Shown here: positions 1 to 13,047 of the stretch, piece by piece
Numbering within the stretch: position 1 is the stretch's first letter
Layout of the letters: each line of letters begins with the position of its first letter
NCBI GenBank assembly: GCA_026026165.1
Contig: JAPEUD010000003.1
Coordinates: forward strand, 62,001-126,000
Reading direction: 5' to 3'
Length of the DNA stretch: 64,000 bases
DNA from: Sarea resinae
Taxonomy: Eukaryota
Notes under the pieces: model-generated
What the model was told of the DNA's origin: nothing
Database searches by the model: none
What the model saw: only the letters and a program-made list of their open reading frames with translations
Position numbers and translations under genes: made by a program

Positions 1-1855
1 ATGTGCTAGATATGTACCAGGGACACAGCCGCCGTGGCCGGTGGACCTCATTCGCCATGCTTGACGAGAACGTGCGATGCGCGTGAGGCGTGCATGTACA
101 TAGGAGGTCTGAAGATTCATCCCTGACGGCGTTGCCTCCAATCTCGCTCTGCCCTTTGGCCCTCTGCGCTCCAGCTCCGACCGTGCAGAGTCCAATTTGG
201 GATCATCGTGCAGCATCCATGGATTGGGGCAGGTCACGGCCATCTGGAGGTGAAGCGACCAGGTACTATGTAGGCCAAGGGCAAGTACGAGGTACGAAGG
301 ACTACTAGAGTACGCAGTAGCTTGATTGAAACACCATCGAGACGAGCCGCCGCCGCCCTGATTTGACGGAACAGGGCCAATCCTGGCTCGGGGCCTTTGG
401 ACCTTTTGACAGGTGTGGGGTCGACTGGTCGACTGCCTACTCTCTCTCTCTCTCTCTCATCACCATGGAACTCGTCTGAGATGATGGATGCTATGGATCG
501 CATATCATGCCATCTTCACCAATGGGCATTTATCCCTATAAGAGAGGACTGACGGGCGTCCCGGTCGATATCTGGATCGGCTGTGACCTTCCTTGTACAG
601 CTGGGACAGAGAACCCTCCCTATCAGGCAGTGAGGAGCCCGAGATAACACGGTCGATCCCGTCCAGGAGATCTCGAGCGGGAGAGAAACGAGAAGAAGGA
701 TAGAGTACTGAAGTACTACTCCGCTGTACTGCGCAGTAGGGAGACTACTACGACGTAGTGCTATCACATCAGCCGAGCGGCGGGCTCACCGCTTTCGCGA
801 GCTGAGATGGTCGAAGCATTCGGGCTGTATTCGTCCCTGGACTCAATACCTTACTATGAGGTAGGTACGTAGTACTACGTAGTATTACATAGTGTGAGTA
901 GGTACCTTGGCTACGACCGTGGATCAACAACCACGACCAGCAGCCCTGAGGTGTGCAGCGTGCATATGCACGCACAAGTGGAGAGTAGATCATGCAAATC
1001 CTGGCTGAGTGCCTGACCTAGGTGTTTAATGCACGAGGAAACTGCAGACTCAGCCACATCGCCACACAAACCACTCGTCTCCATCATCGACGTGGCAGGC
1101 AAGAAAATCTCAACTCCACACGTCCTTGTCGCAATTGCTTGTACTATGTACGAAGACCTCACAAAGAATGACCCGAGCCGGGTAAAGGATAAGATCGATG
1201 AGGAGGGAATCGTATCACTGGCGTGCGCGCGGACGCGACGTGACTCGAGCCGCCCAACTCCCGGGTCCCTGCAACTTAAGTGCACGGCGTGCCACATAGT
1301 AGCTGATTAGCACGAAACTTACTTCGTCCGCCCAGCCATTCACCCCTCCGCACGCTGTCTTTGTCGGTTGATAGGTCCAACTGTCGTGGATGCATGCTGC
1401 GCCGGTTTGTGGTTCTCGGGGTCTCGATGGTCAGGTGATGGCGAGATGGTGGGCTGGAGGATGTGCGGAAGATTTCTGAGGTTGGAGGAAACATGGAAAA
1501 AATGGGTAGTAGGCCTATCACTGAACACAAGGACTACGCCGGTAGTAATGACAAATATCTGGAATGCCGCCGTACCCAGTAGCACTTCCGAAGCAATGTA
1601 TTATATTAATTCGATACGCCAATTATTCCTAGGTAGTCGTAGATATGCCCAAAATCAGCTCCGTCATCAGTGTTGCCATTTACATCCATCCATCCCAGAT
1701 GGCGACCCAGTCCTCACCCAAGCGGGCCAAACAGGGTATCATTTCATTCTTCGTTATCCTTAGTAGCCCGATAGTCCTATTAGATCGCCATATTTCGTCC
1801 ATATTCCTTCCCTTTCGCAACATACGCTCGACCGCAGCTCCAGCAGACACGAAAT

Positions 1856-3430
1856 TCAACTCTCCAATTTCCTCTTCAACTCCCCCAGGGCCCTCCCATC
1901 ACATGACTCTAGGATGTCCAAGCACCCACGACAGATGCGCAGACAGCACCATGTGCACCTCCACCTCGGCTCATCATCCTCTGTGCGACATGTCATGCAG
2001 GCCACTGGGGCGTGGTGGTTGCGCGAAAAGGCCATCGAGCGGTGGGACTGGAAGCATGAGAGATGTACGTCCGTCAGCCCCGGAGCTGGTGATCCCACGG
2101 AGATGACACTAGACGATCGGTGTTTTGAGCTCGTGTTGGTGGGTGCCGTAGGGACGGCTACGGTAGGAGTTTCGGATGAATTGTTGGCTGGCGTGTTCAT
2201 GAACTTGTTCAGCACGTTGTAGCCTGAGCTCGATTTTCCGCGAGAGTGCGTCCTCTGAGGAGACAGAGTAGATTGGTTTCCATGCTGATAGCGGTCCGAT
2301 TGGCGGGAATTCGTCGGACTCAGAGGCGGCTTCAAATGGTCAATGTCCAAACTTGCGGAGTTCATATCCAATGGGGGCAAGGGTCGTATCTTCCAGTCCT
2401 GCATTTGTGGTTGGGATGTCGTTGGTGAAGGCGAGGGTTTCGTGGTCGGTGCATTGGAGATCCGTACTCTCGGTTGTAGATCTGTTTGAGGGAGCTGTGA
2501 GGAGGTATTACTTGGTAGTACCGGAGCTACCTGCTCGGATTCCACGGGGATCTTCTCATTCATTGCTTCATCGTCCTTTAAAAGCCGAGAGGGAGCAGTC
2601 TCGATTTCTGCCTGGCCTGGGGGAAGAGGAGGTAGTGGGTGATTATGAGGATCTCTCGTTCGGGGCGTTGACGGAGACTGGAACGCCGACCTACTCGAAA
2701 GCCTTGGTTGCGCCACGACAGGCATCGAATGGCTTTCCATTGCCGCAGATTGGCGGCGGCCTGTCTCTTGAGGCCGAGTCTTGTGTAGCTTCTGCTGAGC
2801 CCTCGTAGATACATCCTTGTGGGAAGGTAGAGTGCCCGAAACCTTTCGAGGAATCCGTGTTGCTGCCTGACTAGTTCTTGGATCATGATGTTTTGGATAA
2901 TCGGGTCCAGAAGAGGTCAGCTCATCGATAGGCTGTAGAGAGACACGTCTCGGACTCGATGATGGCAAGCTCCTTTTCCTATCCTGGATGGCACGACTAG
3001 TACTCCCTGAATGGCCGTCTCTTGCTTTGCCCTCGAGGGATCGACGAGTAATTGGGGCCTGGACAGACAAATTTGCAGGCTTTCGCCGAAGTGTCGACGG
3101 GGGGCCTGCTGTAGGTGAAGGACTTGTCACGTTTTGAGGCGGCCTCGGCACATCGACTGTGGGCAGATCGGGCAAAGCCTTCTGCTGGGGCGATTTGACC
3201 TTATCTTTCCATGACGCGCTTGTATGACGCGATGAGGTCGCCGTCTTTGAAGCTTGATCTTGAGCATGAAGGCGCGTAATCACAGTGATCCCTTGTCCTT
3301 GTTGGTCCGATTTTCCTCCAGAAGAGACGGTTATCGGGACACTCTGCGGTGACTGCTGTGCTTGCTTCGAACGCCTTCGTAAGGTCGGAAATCCAAATCT
3401 AGCCGATATGCTGGGTTTGCCGGTTTCCAT
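1856..3430 (-). CDS. Hypothetical protein: long Ser/Pro/Thr-rich disordered region plus C-terminal Cys/His-rich putative zinc-binding domain
   Basis: 524-aa ATG-initiated intronless ORF; C-terminus HLSCFQSH...ACMTC...WRCTWCCLRICRGC. Confidence 0.85.
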   Translation of the reverse strand: METGKPSISARFGFPTLRRRSKQAQQSPQSVPITVSSGGKSDQQGQGITVITRLHAQDQASKTATSSRHTSASWKDKVKSPQQKALPDLPTVDVPRPPQNVTSPSPTAGPPSTLRRKPANLSVQAPITRRSLEGKARDGHSGSTSRAIQDRKRSLPSSSPRRVSLQPIDELTSSGPDYPKHHDPRTSQAATRIPRKVSGTLPSHKDVSTRAQQKLHKTRPQETGRRQSAAMESHSMPVVAQPRLSSRSAFQSPSTPRTRDPHNHPLPPLPPGQAEIETAPSRLLKDDEAMNEKIPVESEQVAPVLPSNTSSQLPQTDLQPRVRISNAPTTKPSPSPTTSQPQMQDWKIRPLPPLDMNSASLDIDHLKPPLSPTNSRQSDRYQHGNQSTLSPQRTHSRGKSSSGYNVLNKFMNTPANNSSETPTVAVPTAPTNTSSKHRSSSVISVGSPAPGLTDVHLSCFQSHRSMAFSRNHHAPVACMTCRTEDDEPRWRCTWCCLRICRGCLDILESCDGRALGELKRKLES

Positions 3431-4574
3431 GTTGGATATTCACGAGCAAAGGAAGAGCGCCCCTTGCAATTTCGATACCAACTCCGCAATGACGACCTCG
3501 AGGTACGGCTCACGCTCTGTGGGATAATTTGGGTCCTCGTCGAGGCAGAATTGAAGGCAGCCACAACCCGTAGCCTGGATGGTCAATGCTTTAATAGATC
3601 AGCGTAAGACAAGTGAAGCAGCGGGTTGACGACAGACATGTGGAAGAAAGATAGGCTTACGCGAGAGTCGGTGATTTGGACCGGTCGTCGCCTTTGCGGA
3701 AAGCAGATTGAGCGAGCCCCTTGACGTGTCCGAGTGCAGATGGCTCGTCTTGAGTCAAGCAGCATTCACCAGCATCAAGTGAACGGGATTGGATGACGGA
3801 AGAACTAACTGCACCGGTCGCAGAGCGGAGGAGACGTGATGAAAGAGCATCAATGGTGTTTGGAAATCAGAGGTGTCAGATGGTGGAAGATGAAACGATG
3901 ACGATTTGACGGAGCAATCTGTTGCGTGGTGGTGGTGGTGGTGGTAGTGGCGGTGGAAGTGGAAGTGGTAGTGGTAATGGTGGTACTGTTGGCTGTGACA
4001 CTCAACGTGTCGCGCCAAAGCCAGAGATTCAGGGTCCACCTCAACCAGCAGCAATAGCATTCTTGGGGGAACCAGACAATCATAATCATGGAGCGGAGAG
4101 GCTGGGAAGACCAGGCCAGGCCAGGCCAGCAGACCACCACCAACCAATCAACCAAGCATGGTTGGGATTATCTTGTCCATTCTCCAATAAAGAGCTGGAG
4201 CACTGATGCGGGTATCACTACTACTTTGCACTGCGATAGAGTCGAGTACCTCTCTGTTCCGAATACTGCGCAGTACTCCGTACTCTGCCTACCTCACTTT
4301 CTTCGCAGGTACGACGGAGGATTATGGCTATCAGAACAAGATATCGTCGATACCTGACCTATGATTAGCGGTGGTGAGCAGCGATCGGCGGTGATCAGCA
4401 GCGTCCACTGTCGTGCCAACCCGGGCGCTTGTACCGATACATCCATCGCTGATATGGGACGCGAGTGCTCCGAGTACATGCTATTGGCGACTTCGGCGAG
4501 CTCCCATTTCCATCTGCCTCGTACCATTCCTATCGCGGTGCGGATCCTTGGTCGTGCATGGCTGGAACATGCCT

Positions 4575-4614
4575 GTATCGACGTATCGACGTATCGACGT
4601 ATCGACGTATCGAC
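4575..4614. repeat. Tandem 8-mer repeat (GTATCGAC)x5
   Basis: Five perfect copies read directly from sequence. Confidence 0.95.
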
Positions 4615-5656
4615 AACGTACATCGTATCACCGTGTCAAAGGAATCAATGCACATGTGCATCAGAACAGTCAGTGGGATCCATGGATCCATCTCGTAGCA
4701 CCTCTGCCTCTGCCGCATCCTCATCCGTTTGCTGTAGCCTTGCCATACGAATCGTACAGTACCAAGTACCAGTACTTCGTACCTCCCGCCGCGCGCTCCT
4801 CAGCATCTCCGGCGCGCTCAACGCGTGGCCTGCAGAAAACCCGCAGAAGAACCGTGGTCGACCCCGCGCGCCGCAGATTGCCGTGATAGCATTGGAAGTC
4901 TGATCGAAAATGATGATCGTACATCATCGATACCAGTGTAGCAAGGATGGAGACGATAGTCACGGCCGAGATTCGCGAATGTCTTCATTCCAGGTATAAA
5001 TATCGATATATCGTGACGGTGACTATATTGCTTCATCACCTAGAGTAGCACATTTCTTATCTTCCTTCCAGTCCTTCGATCCCTGCCGGTATTCGGGCCT
5101 GCTGAGGATTTCCTGGAGCACTTGTTGCTGATCGTAGATTTCGACTTCAACGCCGAATCAACGGCCTGTAATTTCAATTCATGCGGTCAGGTACCGCTAG
5201 ATATTCCTGATTTGTTTGCTTACACTAAAGAAAATAGTCCTTGATCCCCCCATTCGGCGCACCTCTTTCACAAGAGAAAGAGACATACTGACCTCGTTAG
5301 AGTGCTCCATCTACCTGGCGAAAGTATGGGATGTTGACCATGGGCCAATGGCGAGACGCCCTCCGAATCGCAGACCAGAGAAGTAGGCTTCATGTCCAAC
5401 GCTTACTTCGTAGGTATCATTCATTTTCACATTGCGCGGACAGGGAAATTCTGCTTGCCGGTATACAAGCTGGCCTTCCGAAACTCTTCACTCTGACGAG
5501 GTGCAAGTCGTCATCAGAAGAATCATTCCTTGATGGACAGACGCTCTTCCAGAACGGGTTCCGATATCGTTGGCCGTATCAGGGAAATGAGAACATGAGA
5601 ACATGAGAACATGAAAAGCTCAGCACCATTTTCGAATCAGATGACGAGCCCGCCCG

Positions 5657-7522
5657 TCAAATATTATATCCTCTTGGAGGCAACGAATACATCCCTTCTA
5701 AGGATTGCGTTGGGAGTAACCCACTATATGCATCACTGGACAGATAGTGCCCGTCTGGGGCACTTCTAGGGATGGAGGCGAACTGCATGGACTCCTCTTC
5801 GGGCGTTGGAGGGCTACCGAGTGGTGTTGAGTCCGTCGATGTCGAGTCGTAGACTTCTTGCACTCGATCGTCAATTGGTAGCGGTGGGACAGGCGCCATG
5901 AGGGGAGCGGAAATAGCAGGGAGGGTATCATTGATTTTGGCCAGCAAGACCGGAAGAAAGCGGGTTTTTCCTCCACGAAGAGTACCTATGAGGGATAGGA
6001 GTTGGTTTAAATAATCGCGAGGGCCCACTTCGAAGCCACGAGTGTCGATTGGTACGCAGGACATCACATCCGCAAGCGTGCAAGCGACATCAAAGAGTTT
6101 CTCGACCTAGAGGGTATTAGTGAACAGGAGCCACTTTCAAAAACTTCTAGAAAGGGGGTAGGGTTCTTAAAAAGCCGCCTTGGCGAACTTACCAATCCAA
6201 TACCATGCACCTCCATTGATTGTTGCGAGAAATGTCCAGTGACGAGAAGGAGATCCCTAGCGATCTCGATGGGATATGAAAATCTCATTGACTCTTCGGT
6301 AGATGTTGACGACAGATATCCGTTACTGGTAGATAGTTGCCACACCATTGTCCGGAGCCATTGCTGGGAAGTTCTCAGATCCGCGGCTTGGCCCTCTGTA
6401 CTCTCTAAGTTGGCAGGCAGGGCATCCGCAAGTTGCTTCTGCAACTGGGCTAGCCATCCCGTGGAGCAATCGGCCCTCGACTTGTTCCATAAGCCAACGA
6501 ACATGTCGTCAAACGGCCTGAACAAGTTGACCAAGTGTATGAAGCCCGACAGTGCAACTGTCTCGCTTGGATCTTCGTCGAGAGTCGGAAGATTGATAGT
6601 AGCATGTAACGTGAGAGGTCGGTGCCTTTGCAGTGCATAAGCTCTGAGGATTAGGTTAGTCTACCTCATTTGCCGTCTTCAGTGGTGCATTTATGGAGAC
6701 CTACCTCTCGGTCACAAAGAGAAGCCAGAAAAGCCGCCTTCGTCGAGAGCATTCAACAAAATCCCCAGTCATGTAGGTAGCTTCATCCTGCATGCCGAGG
6801 ATTTGGGCTAGCGTCGTGGCCTCCCTTAAATAGAACCATGCTGTGTTGTGCCTGTCCAATCCAAAGTAGCAGCCAAATAGGAAGAAAGACGTTACTACCG
6901 CCGAAGTCGTAGGCGTATCAATGTATTCGTAGCCTTTGCGCACGCGCAAGGCTTCGTTCAGTACTTGGTTTCCCAAGGTGATGTTGGCGGATGTGGCGTC
7001 GCCATTCGTCGGCTCCGTGCCTAACAACTTCATCCCGGGTTGGATCATCATGAAGGCGCAGAGCGAGGCAACCAGGCAGTATGTCTCCAGTGAGCGATCG
7101 ATATCGCTCAAGGCCTGCTCGAGCCGTTGTCGATGGAGAATAGGCATCGTCGGATACATGTGGGCGAAGAAGAAGTCGACGCAGCTTCGGATCATTGCAT
7201 CGGACAGCAGTCCAGGCGTCCGCGAGAAGGCTGGCGACATTGGCGGAGAGTCGAGGCCATCGAGACGGTGATTGATCTTCAAGGCCAGCCTCGACTGCTT
7301 CTGGGTCGTCCTCAACTCTGATATCACCTTGGCTCGACTCCCTTTCGGCCCTTTTTTCTGGGGTATCGCATTATAGGTGCAAGCCAGGCCAGCTTGACCG
7401 CAGTTCTTGCATTGGCCATCCGAAATACCAGGGAGGCATTTAACCTTCCTCCGATGACAAGCATCACACGCGCGCTTGGCCGTCGTCACCTTTGGCTGGT
7501 CGTCCATTTTCATTTCGGGCAT
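5657..7522 (-). CDS. Zn2Cys6 transcription factor, COL-26/BglR/ART1 (AmyR/MalR-related) type; 3 exons
   Basis: KRACDACHRRKVKC...CKNC...CTYNAIPQKKGPKGSRAKVISELR cluster plus fungal TF middle homology region (RRRRLFWLLFVTER). GT-AG introns 6644-6704 and 6107-6192 join three ORF-track segments in frame. Confidence 0.92.
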
Positions 7523-9516
7523 TCAGGTAGGCTGTATTGCTGGAACCTCCTAGAGAGAAGGATATCTCTAGGAGGCTTTTACGAAGCTGCACGGAGAATT
7601 TTCATGGGAGAGATATTTAACATGACATGCTAGCCACAGAGGACGTGCGAAGTACAGGGCGCCATCAGAGGCAAAAGATTCACGGTTGGCTGGACTGATT
7701 TGCGATTATTGTACAGTATCGGCCGTGCTTGGTGCTGGGCGCTGGGTGCTTGGTGCTTTGATCATGGATGCTTGATGCTTGGCCCGCCCCGCTATCCGGC
7801 GGCGCGAAATAGAAAGAGGCACATGGCGTAGCGACCATGATAAGTCAGGTACCTTCTATTAGCTGCTACTACTACGACGTAGTAGGTAGACTGCGTCGGA
7901 AGGTATGTCTGCCCTGGGTGATTGATTGCATAATTCGAAGAAGCATAAGTGACAGAATGTGTTCTTGAAGTGCTAGTATGCGGTCCATTCCGCTCCATTC
8001 CAATATCCCCCAAGATATGTAACTTCGTACAAAGCAACGTAACCTACCTGAACCTCCATTACCTCTTCAACGATCAGGGTTACGGGTAAGGCTTCAGGCT
8101 GTGAAGGAACCAAACAGGCACGAACCGCATTATCGTTGTTGCTGCACCTGGGCTCCGGCTACGCAGTACAGCCCCCAAGAAGAAAAAGGGCTGAGGTATC
8201 GATTACGACGCGAACCCTCGTCCATCCTCTCACCTCTCAACAAATCGGCCCCACATCGGAGCCCATAAAGGTCAGCCCTGGCCAGGTACAGTAAGGACGG
8301 TTTGACTGGGACGAAATCCATCCCAATACTTCGTACCTCCTATTGATCGATTACTTCAGTACAGCATCATGCTTGCGGTATCGAGACGACGGCGTCAGCC
8401 AATGACATTGGGTTCCTGGGAATCGAAGCTGCAATACGAGGTACATGATTGATCCTCGAAAGCTCTATCTGATGCGAATGAGCGATTTAAAGCGCAGGAA
8501 TCATCCATGGCTACAGGATACATCATCGTCTTACCTACCGAACCTACCTACCCTTACCCGCACTGAACCCAGCAGGTCTGCATGCATTTCGACTTTTCGA
8601 GAGCCGTCTTCGCGCGCATGCGGTTTTTTTTCAATCCTGCACGAGTGGATTGAGCTCAATCGTAACGCGCGAGATAAGACTTCATCATCAACAGCTTCCC
8701 GCGTGAACCTTCCTAATTGCGACTATTCACAGTTTCCTACCTCTGGATTCCTCCCAATGCGATTCCTATCGGAACACGAAGTAGTCGAAGCCCAGACCAT
8801 TCCTGAGTACATAGTAGTGATCTTCACAAATACGTTCACTTATAGCGTAGGACACGATTCCTGTATGCCTTGACAGCTAGTTTCATATATGATCTCGAGT
8901 GATTCCGTAGCCTCTTGAAAGTATCGAAACAACTCATACAGACAGACGAAATGAACTGAGGATTTGAATTGAAGAATTGCAAAAGGCATGATCCCAACAT
9001 CCAAAGCCCCTCCAAGAGTGAAAAAGCCAAAACACCAGGCCAACACGAAAATGACGCTCATCAAAATGATGTTGCCGTTATGCAAATGGATATAGCGCAG
9101 ACCAGGTCCTCATTAATTCGATACAACGCGATCCAGCCGCATGATCCTTTCCTGAAATCGGTCGTCTCCTTACTCCTAAGCCGCACAGGCTTGCCAGCTG
9201 CCATGATGGTGAGAAGGGGGCCACTACGCCATGTAGCTCCGTCTGTTTCACCAGGTGATACAGAACGCTGATGTCGAAAACGCAAATCCAACGCCACCCT
9301 CACAACTTCGGTCAATCGCAGATTCCGAGATCATCATATCAATCCAATTTGAATCGGAGTGGGGTGTTTCTCCGCGCGAGGAGAAACTAATCGCCGCGCA
9401 GACGATTGTAGCACAATGTTACCTGAGAAGGTACAGTACTTGCGCATGAGTGGAGGGAGTCGAGCCGAGTCGAGTAGAATGGCCACCGCTAGGTAGCCAA
9501 AATGATGGTATTTGCT

Positions 9517-9822
9517 TCATCGTCGGTAACCGACTATGTCGGCGCAGCGGCTGCAGTAATAAGAGTTGGTCCCGAACCGCACCATTGACTTGGGAAGGGG
9601 CGACGATGCATCGAAGCTGGTAGATAGTTGGCATCGGCAGCAGTAAAGAAGCTGAAGAGTAGGCTGCGAGTTCGATAGAGAGGACGACGAGGATGATGGA
9701 GAGACAGACTCCAGTGGATACCCATCTGTCGTAAGGAGGATATCCTGGACAGGACGGGCCTGCGGGGGCTGTCGATGCAACATCTGAGTTTCGATCGAAA
9801 GGACTCTCGAAGTGCTGTTCAT
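9517..9822 (-). CDS. Small (101 aa) protein with C-terminal CxxC...CxxC motif
   Basis: ATG ORF ending YCCRCQ...MVRFGTNSYYCSRCADIVGYRR. A pyrimidine-rich (sense strand) promoter/leader-like tract lies upstream at about 10070-10115. Resembles small hypothetical proteins I recall from other Pezizomycotina (unverified). Confidence 0.65.
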   Translation of the reverse strand: MNSTSRVLSIETQMLHRQPPQARPVQDILLTTDGYPLESVSPSSSSSSLSNSQPTLQLLYCCRCQLSTSFDASSPLPKSMVRFGTNSYYCSRCADIVGYRR

Positions 9823-12800
9823 ATTGTCGACTGTTCCGGAGGGATCGTCGCAGCCTGATGGATTGAGAACAAAACACGAAATTTACTGGTAGGCTCAACG
9901 GCAGGGAAACGGATGTGCTTTTGTTGAGCGCGGAACGTAGTAATCGGCAACGAGGGGTCTGGATGAGGGGTGAAGTCTTCTGATGGGATCGCGGGGAAGC
10001 GATCAGCACTAGATGGGTGGAGGTGGAGAGAACCTAGTGTTCTGAAAGGTCTTGAATCAACGGACGCTTGGAGGATGTGATGGCAAAGATGGAGAAGAGG
10101 ATGAGGGGGATTCAATTGCTATTAAATCGCCAGAGACTACTGCGTATGGGATGCGATTCGCAACGGAGGAGCCGGCACACGGACGGATCGATCGACGGTG
10201 ATGTAGAGCAAGAAAGGCAGCAGGTATGACCGGACACGAAAGGCCTTCGGAGGTATCACGGCCGGTGTGGTTGTATGGGCGTCTCGCAGTCGACGGGCAC
10301 CAGAGGTACGATGGACTCCCAGCGAGAGACCTAGTACTATGTAGGTCAGCCATCCGGGCGCTGCGGACAGTCATCGAGCCGTGTACGAGGCAGGAGGATG
10401 ACGCGCCCTCTGCGCATTGGGCTGCATGTTGCTGCGCCTTTTGCAAGGTTCTACGACGATTCCACCACCGAACTGATCTCGGGCGGGAAGGGCGGAGGGC
10501 CGATTTCTGCGTCTGGGCTCAGCATCAGCAAATCGGCGATGGCCAAGCGTCGCAGAGCGTTGCAGAGCGTCGCAGATTGGGGTGGAACAGCGTCGATGGG
10601 ATATTAGATCTCGATCTCTCGGCGGAAGGGTGTGCCGGTCAGGTAGGCCAAGCGGGCCAGGCGGCCAAGGCGGGCCAAGAAGAATGGCCTACCTTACCGG
10701 GCGGTGGGGTTGGTGCTCGGGCTCTCACCACCTTATGCCGAGGGTACTCTACTTCGCATACAGTGGTGCTGCGTACCTTTGCTGGCTTGTGTCGGCCAAA
10801 TGATTGCCAAGGTACCGGGCACGGCGTACGAGTACTTTATGACTAACCTCAAGGCAGCCTCGTCCTTGGTCCATGGCCCAAGGCCTCGCTCGCCCAACGG
10901 CCGTCCAACCGACGCCAACCGCCAATGGTCCACAGCACGTTCCACTCCTAAATTTTACTCTACTTCGTAGTATTATGGCCACTTGAACTCAGTAGGACGG
11001 AGTACATAGTAAACAGTTGACAGTTGACAGTTGACACTACGAAGCTCATGGAAAACGAAAGGGGCGTCCATTTACGGCTTCATTGAAGAACGTCGTGAAG
11101 CAGCTTGGCCTGTTCACGACAGATGACGGCTACCTAGGTACCCATGCTGCTATGGTCTGCTTTGGAGATACGAAGGGTGATTCTGTACCAAGAGAGCGAG
11201 AGCAAATGAAAGAAGATTATCGTTGACTTGATCCATCCGCTGTTCGACCCAAGGGAAAGACAGAAGAACCCAGAATCCCTTGCAGCTGGTACTGCTGTAC
11301 TTCTCATCCCCGCATATCAATAGCATTGAGCATTCAGAGGTTGCATCGAGGACGTGGTGGTGTGAATGCACCGATGGGGATACCACATATCGTGGATTTC
11401 ACCAGATTGAGAAGGAGACAGATGGTGTGCGTGTTGATGTGCGCGGCAACACTGGATGGACGAAGTATGCTAGCTCCATCCAATCTTGACATTTGAAGCG
11501 GTCAAGGCCACGAACACGGACCAGCTGGAGCGGTCCATCGTGCGCCTTCCTGCGTCTCCCTTCCGGGAAATTCAGGGAAACCAGTTCAGCGGCTATTCGT
11601 TCCGCTGGCGGCTCCTCGTTCTCACTTCATGTTCCACAGAGTACAGCGTCTGTACCAGCGCCTCTTCCGCTACTGATAATCATTTGCTATCTGTTGATCT
11701 ACTGCAGTGAAACGGGCCAAATGGATGGGCGTGCACGCGCCGCCAAAGAAACCAGAAGAATGATCCGAAAGCAAATCGGAAATCATTGGATCTTCCACCT
11801 TCCACTCTTCCCTTGTTGGTTGCTATTTCGTTCACAGTCAATTGCCTGGTTCCGCTCTGCGACATTCTGTTTTCTTCCTTCGGCTTTGCAAGCAACAAAT
11901 CGATGATTGGCTTTGATCTATCGAGGTCTCGACCAGCGCCTGCATCCCTCGACATGGCTCCGTGTCGAGCTCAAGGGGTCGCTGACTTCATATTTTAGTT
12001 GCGAAAGATAGTATTTGCAAGCCATCCCAGATCCTCGTTGCCGGGCCTGGTCGTCGAGGGTGTCTTCGGGTTGAAACACTGATGTAGAACCAGTCGAATC
12101 AATTCCACCACAGCTTGATGCTTCATTCCCGAAGCTGGCTTCCAACAACAGTTGTTCTGTTCCCGTGTAGCAGCAATCAGCTATTCAGGATCAACTTTCG
12201 TTGTAGAAAGGAAGGTAGGTCAGAAGGTGCGGTACGTCGCTCGCAGTATGGTTTGGCTTTACAGACAGATTGGCACGGCCTTGTTCGAATCTTGAGATCC
12301 GACGAATTGGATCGTTTGCTCATATATCATTGTTTCCAGTCATACATTATCGAAGACAGACATTGCAGTGTGCTGATGACAGTATACCGTATCAAAGTGC
12401 CTCCCCAAGTACCAAATGTCCCCTTATGGCTCCGTGTGAGTGATCTCAACTTTCGTCTAGCTTATCACTCCTATCATTGTGCTCCGCTCTGCAGCCCTTC
12501 TTCAAACCTGATCTCTAAACTCTCCTCTTTCGTAGTCTCCTCTGTATCTGGATCGCCTTCGCTAACATTCCTTGAAGCTTTTTTCTCCCTTCTCTACCGT
12601 CTACCCACGCCAACTCCTTTTCCTGCAACCCTTGATGACGGCTTTAGTCCTTGATTGATTATTCTTAGGTTTTCTTTTAACGCATAGATAGAGCCTGTAG
12701 CAGAAGTCTAGACTTCTCCCTATGATCTCAGCCGAGGCCCTTTTCGTCGAGTTGGTGTTAACAAGTCAGTGCGTCTGCCTGTCCTGATTCCTTGAAACTA

Positions 12801-13001
12801 GCCAGTCCTGCGAGAAACATTGCCCTCGATGCTTTACAGGAAAGCCAGTTCAGGTGGTCAATAGCCGTGAGGGGCCGCCTCTGCCAGAAAATATTGTATG
12901 CGCGACTTGGACGGCTATATCGCGAAGATCCTCTCTTACACAGACACTGAGAAAACACAAAGGCTCGGGAGACATTGTTTCTGCTTTCATGCGGTGATTT
13001 C

Positions 13002-13010
13002 ATGATGATT

Positions 13011-13047
<37 letters not shown>
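13002..13047. repeat. (ATG/GAT)n microsatellite
   Basis: About 15 near-perfect trinucleotide units. Confidence 0.95.

Noticed and set aside
4575..4614. (GTATCGAC)x5 and other short tandem repeats as a CRISPR-like array
   Set aside because: No spacers, 8-nt units, eukaryotic context; ordinary microsatellites.
8840..9085. 81-aa hydrophobic ORF as a small membrane protein
   Set aside because: TTG start, nearby upstream in-frame stop, no recognisable motif; lies downstream of the CxxC ORF (possibly its 3' UTR).
10226..10846. 206-aa plus-strand ORF
   Set aside because: Arg/Ala/Gly-rich composition typical of GC-rich non-coding DNA; no motif.
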